In this document: piece by piece, positions 38,751 through 52,030 of the stretch | How positions within the stretch are numbered: the first letter of the stretch is position 1 | Layout of the letters: the number at the start of each line of letters is the position of its first letter | Assembly: GCF_963921235.1 (NCBI RefSeq) | Contig: NC_086109.1 | Location: forward strand, 15,874,001-15,938,000 | Direction: 5' to 3' | Length of the DNA: 64,000 nucleotides | From: Mobula hypostoma | Taxonomy: Eukaryota | The notes under the pieces: generated by a model | Database searches by the model: none | The model's input: the letters and a program-made list of their open reading frames with translations, nothing else | What the model was told of the DNA's origin: nothing | Position numbers and translations under genes: made by a program

Positions 38751-38881
38751 TGTCACCATGTGCTACCTTGAGATTCACTTTCATGCAGGTATTTACAGGA
38801 AAATAAAGGAATACAATGGAATTTATGTAAAAAAATAACAAAGACTGACAAACAACCAAAGTGCAAAAGACCAATCATGTA

Positions 38882-39598
38882 TGTAAGGGGTTTCTTCTTT
38901 TATATTACTGTGCAGGCTACTTAAAATGGCTTCTTTGTTATGTTATAATTAAAATAGCTTCTTTGTTATGTTAACTGCTGAGAATGTTCTCCCTCTAGCA
39001 GCTTGTTTGGGTTAGGTTATTGATAAGAGAATGAACGAGCCAATTGGGATAGATGTTATTCTTTCTAGTGTGTCTGTAAGTTATCGTGATGCACGGGTTT
39101 TTGAGCAGAAGACGCGATGGAGGGAGAGAGGATGGACAAGGTGCTGTGAGGTGGTTAACGGGGTCGGACCCCAAGCAGGAGTCCGAGGTCTAGAGTATTC
39201 GGCAAGGAGAAGAGACGGAGACAGACTTGTGTGGAACGTCTGGTCGACCACCGTGGTTGGTCCCAGGCGGCAGGCCGAGGTGGTCTGAGGGGATCGAATG
39301 GTGAAGTTTGGATTGTTACTAGAGTTCCAACTGTTGTGCACGAAGAGATTGAACTGTGATAAGTGTGGTGCATTTTATTTCCCTTTTTATATTTTATCTC
39401 TATTAATTATATAGTTCCAGTAATATCTATAAACTGTAATTCATTTAATCATATATGGTATATTGTCTGTTATTTGACAGGGTGGGGTACATCACACAGC
39501 ATCCACACAAACTTAATTACTTAGTTTGGCGGGGCCAAGGGCTGTTTCCCTAGACGACAGCGAGTTGAGCGACCCTGAGGCTTGCCAGGGGGGTTACA
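38882..39598. mobile_element. Solo LTR, 717 bp
   Basis: TGTAA...TTACA termini; 4-bp TSD TGTA (38878-81, 39599-602); interrupts a LINE 3' UTR repeat that resumes after it. Confidence 0.85.
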
Positions 39599-41548
39599 TG
39601 TAAATAATAAATAATTAAATAAATAAATTCTGAGTTGTAAGCATTCTTGAAGGTGAGTCTATAGGTTATGGAGTCAGTTCAGTGTCGAGGTGAGTAAAGT
39701 TCGGGAGCCAGATGGTTGTCGGGTAATAACTGGTTGCTGAACCTGGTGGTGTGGGACCTAAGGATACTGTACCTCTTGCCCAATGGTAGTAGTGAGAAGA
39801 GAGCATTTTAAGTTATTTTCAAATTAAACTTCTACAGGCCTGGTTGCAGATATAAGAATACAGCAGTTAAGTTGAGTAGCTAATAGATGTTCATAATATA
39901 TGTGATGCAGCATTTGCTTCATTCACAGGCTTTAAAGGAATATCAGTCACATTTACTCAAATTACCAATCAGTGAACAATATTGTCAATTTTGAAGATGC
40001 ATTGGATCGGAAGGTTCCCCATGAGAGCTCCTTGGACGTGCATCGTGTTGTGATGATTCACTAACAGATGGTGCAAGTTGAAACATGGCCACTAATGTTT
40101 CCTGCCACTGAGTTTTTGAGCCTTTATGAGCATTAAGCACTGGATGCCAAGAGCTTGGTTTAATCTCGTGTAATGAAATGCCTGGCTTTTCTTTTACTTG
40201 TAAATGGGCTGTGGGTATGTATTGTACATAGTAATACTCGCATGCTTGAAGTTCTCACAATACTTTACCATTTGTGCTTTTTGATTTTATTGCACAAGAC
40301 ACTCAAGATGGCTTGAAGATAAATGAAACAGCCAGGGAGCTAGGCAATGTAGATGAACATTCAGTGTTTGAATGTTGATCAGTTAGGACTCCTGTAGCAT
40401 CCTTGCTCATACTTGGTACCTTGGGTTTTGTTTTTTTATAAGCATTCAGATTCAGATTTGTTTATCCCAAGCACATGGAAACATTCAGCATTTTGCATTG
40501 TTTGTGGTAACAGCCAGCAACCTGCAGGGGGCAGTCTACAAGTCCTGGCACCAACGTAGCATGCCCAAATGATATTCAGCAGAACACCACAACACAAGCA
40601 GAAAAAATCAATGAAAGTATGGAAACAAACGAGACGACAACAGGTATACAAGCCCCCTTCCCACCCACACACAGACACACACAAATAAGTCTCCAGCCCC
40701 AGTCCTTGGCTGCGGACTCCCAGACTTGCAGACATTGGGCCTCCAACTTCCAGTTGACACTGCTATAATGAATCAGGAGGGGACAAAGTGCTGAACTAGA
40801 GCTTTGTAAGGTACTGAGTTTTCCTTAACAACTTTCTGCATCAGAATCAATCAAGGTTCCTTCTCTGCCTGCAAACAAAATGGGTTAATTGTAATTATTC
40901 CTCAGTATGTAAACTACTTTGGAAGACTGAAGTAAAATCAATAATTACCGTTTAGTGATTTTACAAGTTAGGAGCAGGAGGAAGGTCCACTTGACTCCAC
41001 AAGCCGGCTCCACATTTCTTTTGGGCGATTTGTTTTAAAAGGATCGTTTATTTGGACAGATACAATGCCCAGCCAATACTACTGTATAACCTTCGTTAAG
41101 CACAGAAATCAAAGACATATTTCTACAAATTTTTGTGTGTCCCTTGGTCAGGCCCAATAAAAGGATTGGCAATCATGTGGTCATCAAATAGAATTAGTCT
41201 GGCTGCACGATTTCTGTTCTTGCACTCCCTCCAAATATTGCACTCCCTTCAAAGATCATCTATGTAGCCTGTGGAAAAGTACGCACTCAGGACAACAAAG
41301 ACTTTTTCAGGTTTCAATTCCTTTATCGGTGTTCGATGTATAAGTGCCAGAAGAGGGTCGCGAAACAAAACGAACGAATTTACAACCAGTTCTTGCCGTT
41401 ACAATCTCAGTTTAACTTCCGATTCACACCCTTGTGTATGGACTGAATTGCGTATGCAGTATAAAAAATACCAGAACTAATACGGTACTAATATGGTAGT
41501 GCCAATCCTGAAGGAACACAATACAAACAACATTAGAATCCCACTCAC

Positions 41549-41555
41549 CCTGCAT
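41549..41555 (-). CDS. Candidate alternative first coding exon end (ATG CAG G / GTGAGT)
   Basis: Consensus donor GTGAGT in non-repeat, CpG-enriched DNA; same phase (1) as the exon at 41925. Confidence 0.2.
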
Positions 41556-41924
41556 CTTATACATAACAGCAAAAAATGTAAGCGAATACATCTCATCTAA
41601 GACGTACACACATGCTGAATTTCCCAACAGAGACTAAACATTCACGTTACGCGGTTATATGCGCAATCAGTCCCGATACAATAAAGTTAGACAAAAGGTA
41701 CACTTTGGCACAACTTTTACAAGGTATTCCCTGGTAGTTAAATTACAGGAAGACTGACCTATTTGGATGGTGAGGAACTTGATATAAGCCACGCTACCCA
41801 GCATTGATTTCTTCACCCGTGGAAATCTAAAGCATCCACATGTAAAACATGTCAAATTACCGATATTCTCGATCCGCCAACAAGCATAAACGAATTCACA
41901 TGGATATTGTCAATTAATACTCAC

Positions 41925-41937
41925 CTTTCCTCACCAT
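41925..41937 (-). CDS. Candidate first coding exon of an unidentified host gene (MVRK...)
   Basis: Kozak-like GGCATGG, then ATG GTG AGG AAA G followed by consensus donor AAG/GTGAGT, just downstream of promoter-like motifs; no downstream exon identified. Confidence 0.4.
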
Positions 41938-41939
41938 GC

Positions 41940-42140
41940 CCAGCCTCGGGAGGCACCCAATTCCAACGCCTTACCACGTCTTCAGCAGAATGGTCTCCCC
42001 ACTATCCCGCGCGTGCGTAATGACATCAATGTCTCTCTTAAAGGCACAGACAACTCTTCTAGCATTACCCGGATGGATGCCTAAGTACACTTTTAACAAT
42101 ACTGAATAAGATCCAATGGTCACTTGGTTACGTCGAATTC
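41940..42140 (-). promoter_or_regulatory. Putative CpG-enriched promoter / 5' UTR
   Basis: Non-repeat DNA with CCTTTAAG, CRE-like TGATGTCA and GCACGCGCGG motifs; local CpG excess over about 41250-42140. Confidence 0.45.
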
Positions 42141-42854
42141 TTTGATCCCTTCCTCCCCTCTCTCCACCGCCCTGGTGCCATCCTGCTATAATGTTCCTTC
42201 AGGTCTCATAATAGGCAAAGGTTTTTGATGAACCAGAGCTGGACAGTATCGCCCTTGGTTTTGTTTACATTGTAAGCAAAGGTCAGGGGACATGGGTGGA
42301 AATTTGAAATATTATATTGCCCTTCCATGAGCTGAAAGTTTGTCACAATAGACTGATGGAGAATTTGTGGCATGATGGACAACCTATTTTTGACTGTGTT
42401 GAAAATCAATAACTGGTGATGCCACAGTATTCCAATTAGCTTTCTTCTTGAGTGAAAGAAACTTTCAATTCTAGACTGGTCTAATAAGGCATTTCTTCAC
42501 ACATCACAAACTATAGATTGAATGTCATAGACATAAGAGATTCCACAGATGCTGGAAATGTTGGTCAACCTATACAAACTGCTGGAGAATCTCAGTAATA
42601 CAGGCAGCATCTATGAAGGGGAATAAACAGTTGACATTTCAGATCGAGACCCTTGATCAAGTCTCAGATTAAATTCATTGTCATACTGAGGAATAGTCTG
42701 TAGATTCTTATCGACAACTGGCTGCAAGAAGGGCAGCTGAACAGTTAGTGGTGAATGATGCTTCTGGGCTCCCCACTGCCTTCAGATCAGGAATACGATT
42801 AAGTGCTTTTCTCTTACCTGATTGAGTCCACCTGAAAACAACATTTGAAGCTCC

Positions 42855-44050
42855 AAGTTCAAAGTAAATTTACTATCAAAGTAAGTATGTTACCATATAC
42901 TACCTTGAGATTAATTTTCCTGCAGGTGCTTACAGGAAGAAGGAAATACGATAGAATTTTGTGAAACGCTATACTAAAACAAAGACTGACAAACAACCAA
43001 TGTGCAAAAGAAGACAAACTGTGCAGATAAAAATAATACTGAGAACATGACTCGTAAAGCGTCTCTGAAAATGAGTCTGTAGATCATAGAATCAGTTCAG
43101 ATTACTGGCGAAAAAAGCCGTCTACATTGGTTCAGAAGTCTGATGCCTGTAGTGTAATAACTTTTTCTGAACCTTGTGTTGTGGGACTTAAGGCTTCTGC
43201 ACTTCCCGCTGGTTGGTAGAATCAAGAAGTGGGCATGCCCTGGGTGGGGAGGGTCTTTGATGATGGATGCTGCTTTCTTGTGGCAGTGCTCTATGCAAAT
43301 ATACTCAATGGTAGGGAGAGCTTTGCCTGTGATGGATTTGGCTGTGTCCATCACCTTATGTAGCCTTTTTCTGTTCTTTGACATTGGTGTTTCCACACTA
43401 GATCGTGATAAAGTTAATTAGAATGTTCTCCACTGTGCATTATTAGAAGTTCGTCAAAGTTGTTGGTAACTTGCCTAATCTATGCAAATTTCTGTCAAAG
43501 TAGTGGTGCTGTCATGTTTTCATTATAATGGCTAGCCCCAGGACAGATCCTCTGAATGCTGATGCCAAGGAGTTTAAAGCCGTTGACCTGCTTCACATCT
43601 GTTCCCTGAATGAGGACTGCTCGATGGACCTTCAATTTCTTCAACCTGCAGTTGATAACCAGCTCTTCAGTTTTGCTGTTGTTGAGTGAGAAGTTGTTCT
43701 GTGGCACCATTCAACCAGATTTTTAATCTGCCTCCTATATGCCAATTTGTCACCACCTTTGATTCAGCCAATGGCACTGATGGTGTCAGAAAGCTAAAAT
43801 ATGGCACTGGATCAATGGTTAACCTCATAGTTATGAGTATAAAGTGAGTTGAGTAGGGGGGCTAAGCACAAAGCCTTGTGACGCACCTGCGCTGATGGTG
43901 ACTGTGGAGGAAATGTTTTTGCCAATCTCGTTTAACTGGGGTCTGCCAGTGAGGAAGGTGAGGAAATCGAGGATCTGTTTGCACAGGCTGTGGATGTTAG
44001 TGATAGGTTTTCAGGGGATGATAGTGTTGAATGCTGAACTGTGGTCAATG
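42855..44050 (-). mobile_element. Decayed Rex1/Babar LINE 3' portion
   Basis: LNNSKTEELVI and KAASIIKDPPHPGHAHF..LP..G motifs plus the family 3' UTR. Confidence 0.8.
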
Positions 44051-44334
44051 AAGAGCTGTAATCAATCAAGAAGCCTATTGCCATTCAAACTATTTATTTG
44101 TGAGACAGGAGTGTTCTTGGAAGGTAAGTATTTTAGGAACACCTCCATTCAGACTGCAAGCAGGATTCTGGGTTCTGGTCACCTGTTTCCTAAGGTCTTT
44201 GACTCACTGTCACAATGTCCTTGGTCTCCTGTGCTGTTCCAGTGAATCTAAATTTAAACTCAAAGCAAAACAGCTCCCCTTCCAACTAAGCACATTACAG
44301 ATTTCTGAACTGAAAATAACTTGGAAAATATGTA

Positions 44335-44900
44335 CCTCGGGTTGAGTTGTCCTCTGCTCTGGACAATCCATTTGCAAACATTTCATCACTATACGAGGAG
44401 ACATCATCAGTGCACTGTTCACTTGCGGTGTGTCCTCCGAATGCTTGACCTTTATATAATTATCGTCATTACAGAAACTAAATTGTGACATAGGGAGGGG
44501 GTCTCATCGTTGATTGGTTGCATGGCCATCTCTGCATTGTCTGGAATTTTGCCCATATTGGCTTATAAATGGAATCGAGATTTACATGTCTGTTGACAGG
44601 ATTGTTTGCAGAAAACCATGGTTCTAGGAATTCTCTAGCATGCCGTGCACCATGACTTTCACCGATGCTCGGTCGAATTTGTGTCCCTTTCAGTCTTCAT
44701 GGGTAGAGACGAAGGAGAGTTCGTAATCCTGCATTATAGGCAGTTGATGTTCCTGGATCCTTGTTGATCGTTTTTCCCTAGTTTGGCCGACGTAATATTT
44801 ACTGCAGTCAGTGCAGTTTCCTGGACTCAACATATCAGATAATCGATGTTTCCTTTTTTTTAACTTCCAGCATTCACAGCATTTTTATCTGTCTAGTTCG
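44335..44900 (-). mobile_element. Second Penelope family fragment (GIY-YIG) with hammerhead motif at 44373-44414
   Basis: Minus strand CTDCSKYYVGQT...TRIQEH...H.FD; downstream UGCA-CUGAUGA-(decayed stem II)-GAAAU-GUU-UGCA. Confidence 0.75.
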
Positions 44901-46240
44901 GATAATTATTCTGCTTCTCACATTCAAAAAAGAGGCATAGAATGAATAAATAGCCATAGACATTTTTCCCAGGGCAAAGATGGGTACGTCAAGAGGAAAT
45001 AATTTTACAGTGATTGGAGGAAAATATAGCGGGGAGTTCTTTACACAGAGTGTGGTGGGTGCATGGAACGTCCTGCCACAATTGGTAATAGAACCAGATG
45101 CATCAGGGGCATTTAAGAAAACTTGTAGATTGGCACATGGATGATAGAAAAATGACGGGTTATGTGGGAGAGTATGGTTAGATTGATCTTAGAGTGGGTT
45201 AAAAGGATAACATATTATTGTGGGCTAAAGGGCTTGTACCGTGCTGTAATGTTTTATGTTCTATGTTCCACATTTAAATTCCTGTTGACGAATCTTTCTG
45301 TTCTATTAACACCACCTCCTTCCTTTTGATTTGGTCTTTCCTTCCACAATATCAAACACTTCCCTTCTCTTTCCTCCTGCCTTCTCCTTTTCTCCAAATC
45401 TTAAACTTATTTGTCTCTAACCTTTCCTGAAATACAACAAACAACTCTGTCCTTGTCACCATGGATGCTGTCAGACCTGTTGAGTACATTCAACATTTTT
45501 TTGTTTCCATGGTGACTGCAGTATTTTGCTTTTCTGTCGCGGCACCCTCAACCATTGGCTATGAATGAGGCGTTTTGCAGAGGAAGTAAATAGAAGGCAG
45601 TGTGTGAGAGAGAAAAAGCGAGAACTGCTCACAATCCCATTCCAATCATTTGTTCAGTTTGGGTATTTTGAGCACTTATGTGTTGAGAAAGCTAAGTCCC
45701 TAATGAAAAACTACTGCGCTTCTGTGGATGATAGCAAAACTGCCATAATGAAATGACTAAATAGTTAAAACATTAGCAGAAGAGACCCCACTGATTCTTG
45801 TATAGGCAATTGTAGACAGGTGCCAGAAAATAGCCCTGTAGCAAGTGATCCTTTTTACCCAGAGTTCTAGGCTCTCAGTGGAAGCAGTTTGTACATTTTG
45901 CACTGAGGTTAAGCCAAATGTAACTGTTATTCTTGTCAAGCAATATTTATGCAAAATCTTATTGAACCTGAATTCATATTGAGTATAATAGCCTCTCAAC
46001 ATAATGAGGAGCCTGTTTCTTTCCTAAAGTGAATCCTTCACTTGCTCAGTGCAGGAGATGTTGTTCCAGCATGGAATTTCAACAATAAATTTTCACTCGC
46101 TTTCCTCTATTATGTGCCAGCTTCAGCCTTGGTGTTCTCCAGAGTATCTCCCTCAGTGCATAACCTTATTTCCTCATTTATTGTTTGTCTTCAGCTCTAA
46201 GTACAGCGAATACTTCCTTCTGCCCTCCTGCTGTGGTGTA

Positions 46241-46735
46241 CACTCAGTTGCCACTTTATTAGGTAGCTCCTGTAGCTAATAAAGTCTTTACTGAGTGTAT
46301 GTTCATGGTCTTCTGCTGCTGCAGCCCATTCACGTCAACGTACAACATGTTGTGCATTCAGAGATGCTCTGCCCACCACTGTTGTAACATGTGGATGTTG
46401 GAGTTACTGTCACCTTCCTGTCAACCTGAACCAGTCTGGCCATTTTCCACTGATCTCTCTCGTTAACAAGGCATTTTCACCCAGAGGACTGCCACTCACT
46501 GCATTTCTTTTATGCTCTTCGCACTATTCTCCGTAAACTCTAGAAACTGTCATGCGTGAAAATTCAAGGTGGTCAGCAGTTTCTAAGATATCCTGTCTGG
46601 CACCAACATTCCATGGTCATAGTCAGATCACATATCTTCTCCATTCTGATGTATGGTCTGAAATCTCTTGACCATGTCTGCGTTGAGTGGCTGCCACATG
46701 ATTGGCTGATTAACTAATTGCATTAACGAACAGGA
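46241..46735. mobile_element. Tc1-like non-autonomous element; first 57 bp form a TA-flanked mini-palindrome
   Basis: TA-CACTCAGTTGCCACTTTATTAG...CTAATAAAGTCTTTACTGAGTG-TA (46241-46297) followed by probable internal Tc1-type sequence. Confidence 0.6.
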
Positions 46736-49254
46736 TAAAGCCATTTGGCCCATCGAGACTGCTCTCTTCTTGCTGCCGCCATGAGGAAGAAGATTAAGGA
46801 GCCTCTAGACCCTTACAACTAAGTTAAGGAACATTATTACCCCTCAACTATCAGACTCTTGAACCAGAGGGGATAACTTCACTCAGCTTCACTCACCCTA
46901 ATACTGAACTGTTCCCACAACCTATGAACATACTTTGAAGGACTCTTCAACTCATGTTCTCGGTATTCATTATTTATTATTCTTATTTCATTTTGTATTT
47001 GCACAGTTTGTTATCTTTTGCACATTGGTTGTTTGTCCTTCATGTTAGGTTCAGTCTGTCATTGATTCTGTTATATTTCTTGGATTTCCTGAGAAAATGA
47101 ATCTCAGGATTGTATATGGTAATGTATACGTACTTTGGAACTTTGAAGTTGTTTGCACTTTGTCTATACTTCCTGCTGCCTCAATAAAGTAGCCATCATA
47201 ATCAAAGACCTCACCCGCTCGACTTCCACTTTCCATTGGGCAGAAGATGCAAAAGCCTGAAAGCACATACCAACAGGCTCAAGAACAGCTTCTACCCCAC
47301 TGTTATCAGACTCTTGTATGGACTTCTTGTATGATAAGATGGACTCTTAGCCTCACTATCTACCTCGTTATGACCTAGCACTTTGTTTGCTTATACTGCA
47401 CTTTTTCAGTAGCTTTTACACTTCATTCTGCATTATTTTTGTTTACCTTACTCTAGCTCAGCCCAGAGCGTAATGATTTGATCTGTATGAATGGTAGGTA
47501 AGACAAGCTTTTCACTCAATCTTGGTACGTGTTACAATAATAAACCAATGCCATTTCATTGCCTTGTCGTCCCATTAGAATGGAGATGAGGAGTAATTTC
47601 ATTAGCCAGTGGGTGGTGAGTCTGTGGAATTCATTGCCACTGATGGTTGTGGAAGCCAAATCACTGGGTACATTGAAAGCAGAGGTTGATTGGTAAGGAT
47701 GTCAAAGGTTATGAGAAGGCGGCAGGAGAATGGAGTTGAGAGGGATAATATATCAGCCATGATAAAATGGCAGAGCAGACTCAATGGGTTGAATAGCCAA
47801 ATTCTGCTCCCAAGTCTCATGGACTTATGGTTTAAGGCCTCTAAAGTAGCCATGCTCACAAGTGTACAGAGGCAACGAATCTTAACAGCTCTTTTGGAGC
47901 ATAAATGAAACTTTAAAATAACATAAATAAGAAGTTTGTTGGTGGCCGATCATTATGATCCTGGATGAGCATTGGAATACCAACTCCTTCAAATCTCTTT
48001 TAACAGGTGAACAGATCTCCTTGCTGGTTCATTGAAAGCACAATGAAATGAAATAATCAATAGATGGTCGATGCCATAGTATCACATAAAGCTCTCAATT
48101 ACATGAAGGATGATTCATTGTCAGACATCAAATCCTCTGGTTTTCTATTCATTCTATGATAGAAGGTTCTACAGTAGTACAATTACTTTATTGTTCGTAT
48201 ATTGACAGAAGTCTGCATGGATCACTGAAATGGCGGAATTAACTTTTTCTGTGAAATGAAAGCAGAAAATACTGAAAGGACACAACATGGCTGGGCAGCA
48301 ACTGTGGAAAGTGAAATAAAACAATTAACACTTCAGGTCGAGGACACTTTGTTCTTGATGCGTTGAATGCTTCTAACATTTTCCGTTTTTATTTCAGATT
48401 TCCGCTATCTGCAGAAATTTAAAAAAAACACTATTTAGTTCTCTGGTCACCTGTGTCCAAAGTGGTATTTCTCTGTATTACAGCAAGCTGTTCACTTCAA
48501 ATGTGCTTGGTTTAATTGTGTTCTTTTTTGTAAAATTTGTGTATAATTTATGTTTAATTTGATACTTTTCTCATAAATCCTGCTTATATGTTGTCATGTG
48601 CCTGTGTTGTGGATGAAAGTAAGCTTTTCATTGCACCTATGCACACGTGTACTTGTGCACCGGAGATTAAGCACAGCTTTGGCTTTTCATCCAAATCACA
48701 GGAACATCGGGTAAGAAACAGAAGATGGATTTTGACGTTGCTTCATTGTGTATTGAGATCATGGCTTCAGTACCACTTCCCTATAGTATATCCCTTGACT
48801 CCATTAATATTCAAAATCTTTTTGTGTCTGTCTTGATAATGATCAGCAGCTTCGCCTCCACAGTCTCCTTAGGTAGAGAAAACATCTAAGCACAGTGCAT
48901 ATATCTCCCTTCATTTCTGTCCTGAATGGATAACTCTTTAAGACAATGACCCATAGTTCTTGACACCTTAATCAAAGCAAACACGAAAAAATCTGTAGGT
49001 GCTGGAAATCCAAAGCAACACACACAAAATGCTGGAGGAAAGTTTTGCAGGAGCAAAATGCAGGACTGATTGAAGGGTCTCAGCCTGAAATGTCGACTGT
49101 TTACTCCTTTCCATAGATGCTTCCTGGCCTGGTGTGTTCCTCCATCGTTTTGTGTGTGTTGCTCTAGTCAAGGCAAATATCTGCCCTGCCTCTTCTCTAA
49201 GAATATTGAATATTGCACTGAGATTATCATCTCACTGTGGCAAAATATATTTAT

Positions 49255-49490
49255 CTATTTATCTGATTTCATTTATTGAGAATCCTAGCCTAATTACAGG
49301 ACAATTTTTCAATGACCCATTACTTACCCGCCGGTAAGTCTTTGGACTGTGGGAGGAAACCAGAGCACCTTAAGGAAACCAACATGGTCACGGGAAGAAT
49401 ATGCAAACTCCCTACAGGCAATGGCGGGAATTGAACCTGGGTCGCTGGTACTGTAAAGCATTGTGCTAACCACTATTGTACCATGCCATC
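49255..49490 (-). mobile_element. HE1-like V-SINE
   Basis: Same tRNA head and V domain as 31296-31590. Confidence 0.75.
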
Positions 49491-49674
49491 CTAAAATGAA
49501 GATAGTATGGGCCGATCAGCTTCATCTCCCCTCAAGAGAGACCAAACCTGTGTACAATATTCCAGGTATGAACTTCATGGAGCTTTTATATAATTACAGT
49601 AATAATTTATAATTATAAATCCTCTCTTGTGGAGAGGATTTTACTCTTCTCTAAAAACCCTCATGTAAACTAGA

Positions 49675-50510
49675 CTGACATGCAAGTCGATAAAATGATT
49701 AAAATGCCACATTGTGTGCTAGCCTTCATTAATTGGCGGACTGAGTTTAAGAACCACGGGGTAATGCTGCAGCTCGACAAAACCCTTGTTAGACAACACT
49801 TAGAATATTGTGCTCATTTCTGGTCTTCTTATTATAGGAAGAAGGTGAAAGCTTTAGAGAGGAGATTTACCAGGATGCTACCTGGACTACAGGGCATGTT
49901 TTATGAAGGTAGGTAGAGTGAATTTGGGCTTTTCTCTTCAGTGCAAAGGAAGATGAAAGGAGACTTGGTAGAGGAGTACAATACGATAGGAGGCAAAGAT
50001 AGAGTGGCGAGCCAGATACTTTTTTCCCTGGGCAGATACGGCAAATACGAAGGAGCACATTTTAATGTCAAATACGAGAAAATCTGCAGAATGCTGGAAA
50101 TCCAAAGCAACACACACAAAATGTTGGAGGAACTCAGCAGATTGGGCAGCCTCTATGGAAAAGAGCAAATAGCTGACGTTTTGGGCTGAGACCCTCCTTC
50201 AGCGCTGGATGCTGCCTGACCTGCTGAGTTCCTCCAGCATCTTGTGTGTATTATTTTAATGTGATTGGAGGAAAGTATGAGGTAGGATGTCAGATGTAAA
50301 GATGTCTTTACCCTGAGAGTGGTGGGTGCGTAGAACACTCTGCCAGGGATAGTGGTGGTAGAGGCAGATACATTAGGGGCATTGAAGAAACTCTTAGATA
50401 GATGGATGATAGAAAAATGGAGGATTATGTGGGAGGGATCTTAGAGTAGGTTAAAAGGTTGACACACCATTGTGGGCTGAGTGGCCTGTACTGTGCTTCT
50501 GTTCGATGTG
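49675..50510 (+). mobile_element. Decayed CR1 3' portion with an inserted hairpin element (about 50070-50250)
   Basis: LVRQHLEYCAHFWS...RRFTRMLPGL motif; CR1 3' UTR. Confidence 0.8.
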
Positions 50511-50819
50511 TCATTTTCCTACTACAGTAATTGCTTGGCTTACCTTCATGTTAACTTTTAGCTACTTAGGTACAAGGACACCGAGGTCCATCTGAACACC
50601 ATTTTTCAATCTCCTAAACCATTCACTTTTACTCAATTTCTTCTACAACAATCGGTGACCTCAAATTTCTACACATTATTTTCCATTTGCCTTGTTGTCT
50701 GCATTTTCATCAATACTTGGCTTTTGCACAAACTCCTTTATGTTTGGCAGTTAATTTATCTACCACGTTGTTCCAAAGATGCCTGGGATGGTTTTGCAAT
50801 ATCCTTATTTCAATCAATC

Positions 50820-52030
50820 CTGGTTTGTTGACAACTCAAATCTGTGATTATAGAACGTCTGTAAAACTCCACGTTGACACTCATCCAGGCTGGCGTTGAC
50901 ACTCATCCAGGCTGGTTCATCCCCTTGATGGGTGCTCGTGTACCACGTTTGGAGGTGCCTGTTGCTGAATTGATGTGCAACCTCAGTGGCTGTGACAGGA
51001 AAGTCTTTGCAGACAAATTACAGTGTGAAAATTAAAACTTCTGCAATGTACATCAGGCAATTCCTGGTAACCTAAATTCGAGATTAAATATTGTTTATTG
51101 TTATTTCTCAGTACACGAGTGTAAAGAAGAACTAAGTGATTGTTGCTCCAGATCCAATGCAGATTAAAAAAAAATGGAAAAGAACATAAAAAAACACAAT
51201 AAATGTTGTAAATATAAAATCAATCCTATAGGACACAATGTACAAGTAACTGTTGAGTGTGGTTGTATATGCATAAGATTAGCACATACACATGGGTAGA
51301 TTCTATGTATATAAATGATGTTAGGTGAAGGAGTAGCTGAAGATAAGATGATTTTAACAGGAAATGGTATAAAGTGACAGAGACTCTTGGCAAGAAGAAC
51401 TCTTCTACGTAGCAGCAGGGCATATGAAAGCACAGAAGGACAGTGACCTTGTCAGTGTAAGTACGAGGTGTAGAGTGAAAGTGTAAAGTGGCAGTGTACG
51501 GGATGATGAAGGGAGCTCCATAAATCCAAAATGGTGGTGTGCAGAGATGCAACAATGTTTCTGACTCCCAATAATGGAGCTGGTTTTAAATTCTTAGACA
51601 ATGTTTCAGAGTTTCTAGTCAGAGATTTCAGTCAACCAAAGCTTAGACGAAGCAATAGCAATTTCATTTTGGTATAGTTATCCTGTGACAGCAGGACTGC
51701 CCACTTTTGTACCTTGGAAGCTGCTGTTGCTAGAATTGCTGCTTTTAGATCCACATTCACCAGTGATAGTTTGTGTTTGTCACGGAGAACAATGGGACTT
51801 CCCAGCAGGAAATGATGAAGTTTCCTCACACTGAAGATAATTGCAAGAATTCTCTTCCAACTTGTAGATAGTTCTGTTCACCTTTGCTGAAAATAGGGAT
51901 GAAATACTCTTGGGCTCTTCCTGTCCATCATCCACACCATGGTGTTAGCATCTATGCTGAACTTTGAAGTAGTGAACACTCGCATTAGGGTTCTCTTTGT
52001 ATCATAATGAATCAGTACAATTTTGTAATT
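50820..52030 (-). mobile_element. Ancient Gypsy RNase H region remnant
   Basis: VLIHYD..., RKLHHFLLG...ATAASKVQKWAVLL and FPVTATEVA motifs. Confidence 0.6.

Noticed and set aside
40050..40111. Box C (GTGATGA) and box D (CTGA) suggesting a C/D snoRNA
   Set aside because: No terminal stem and no recognisable rRNA guide; expected by chance.
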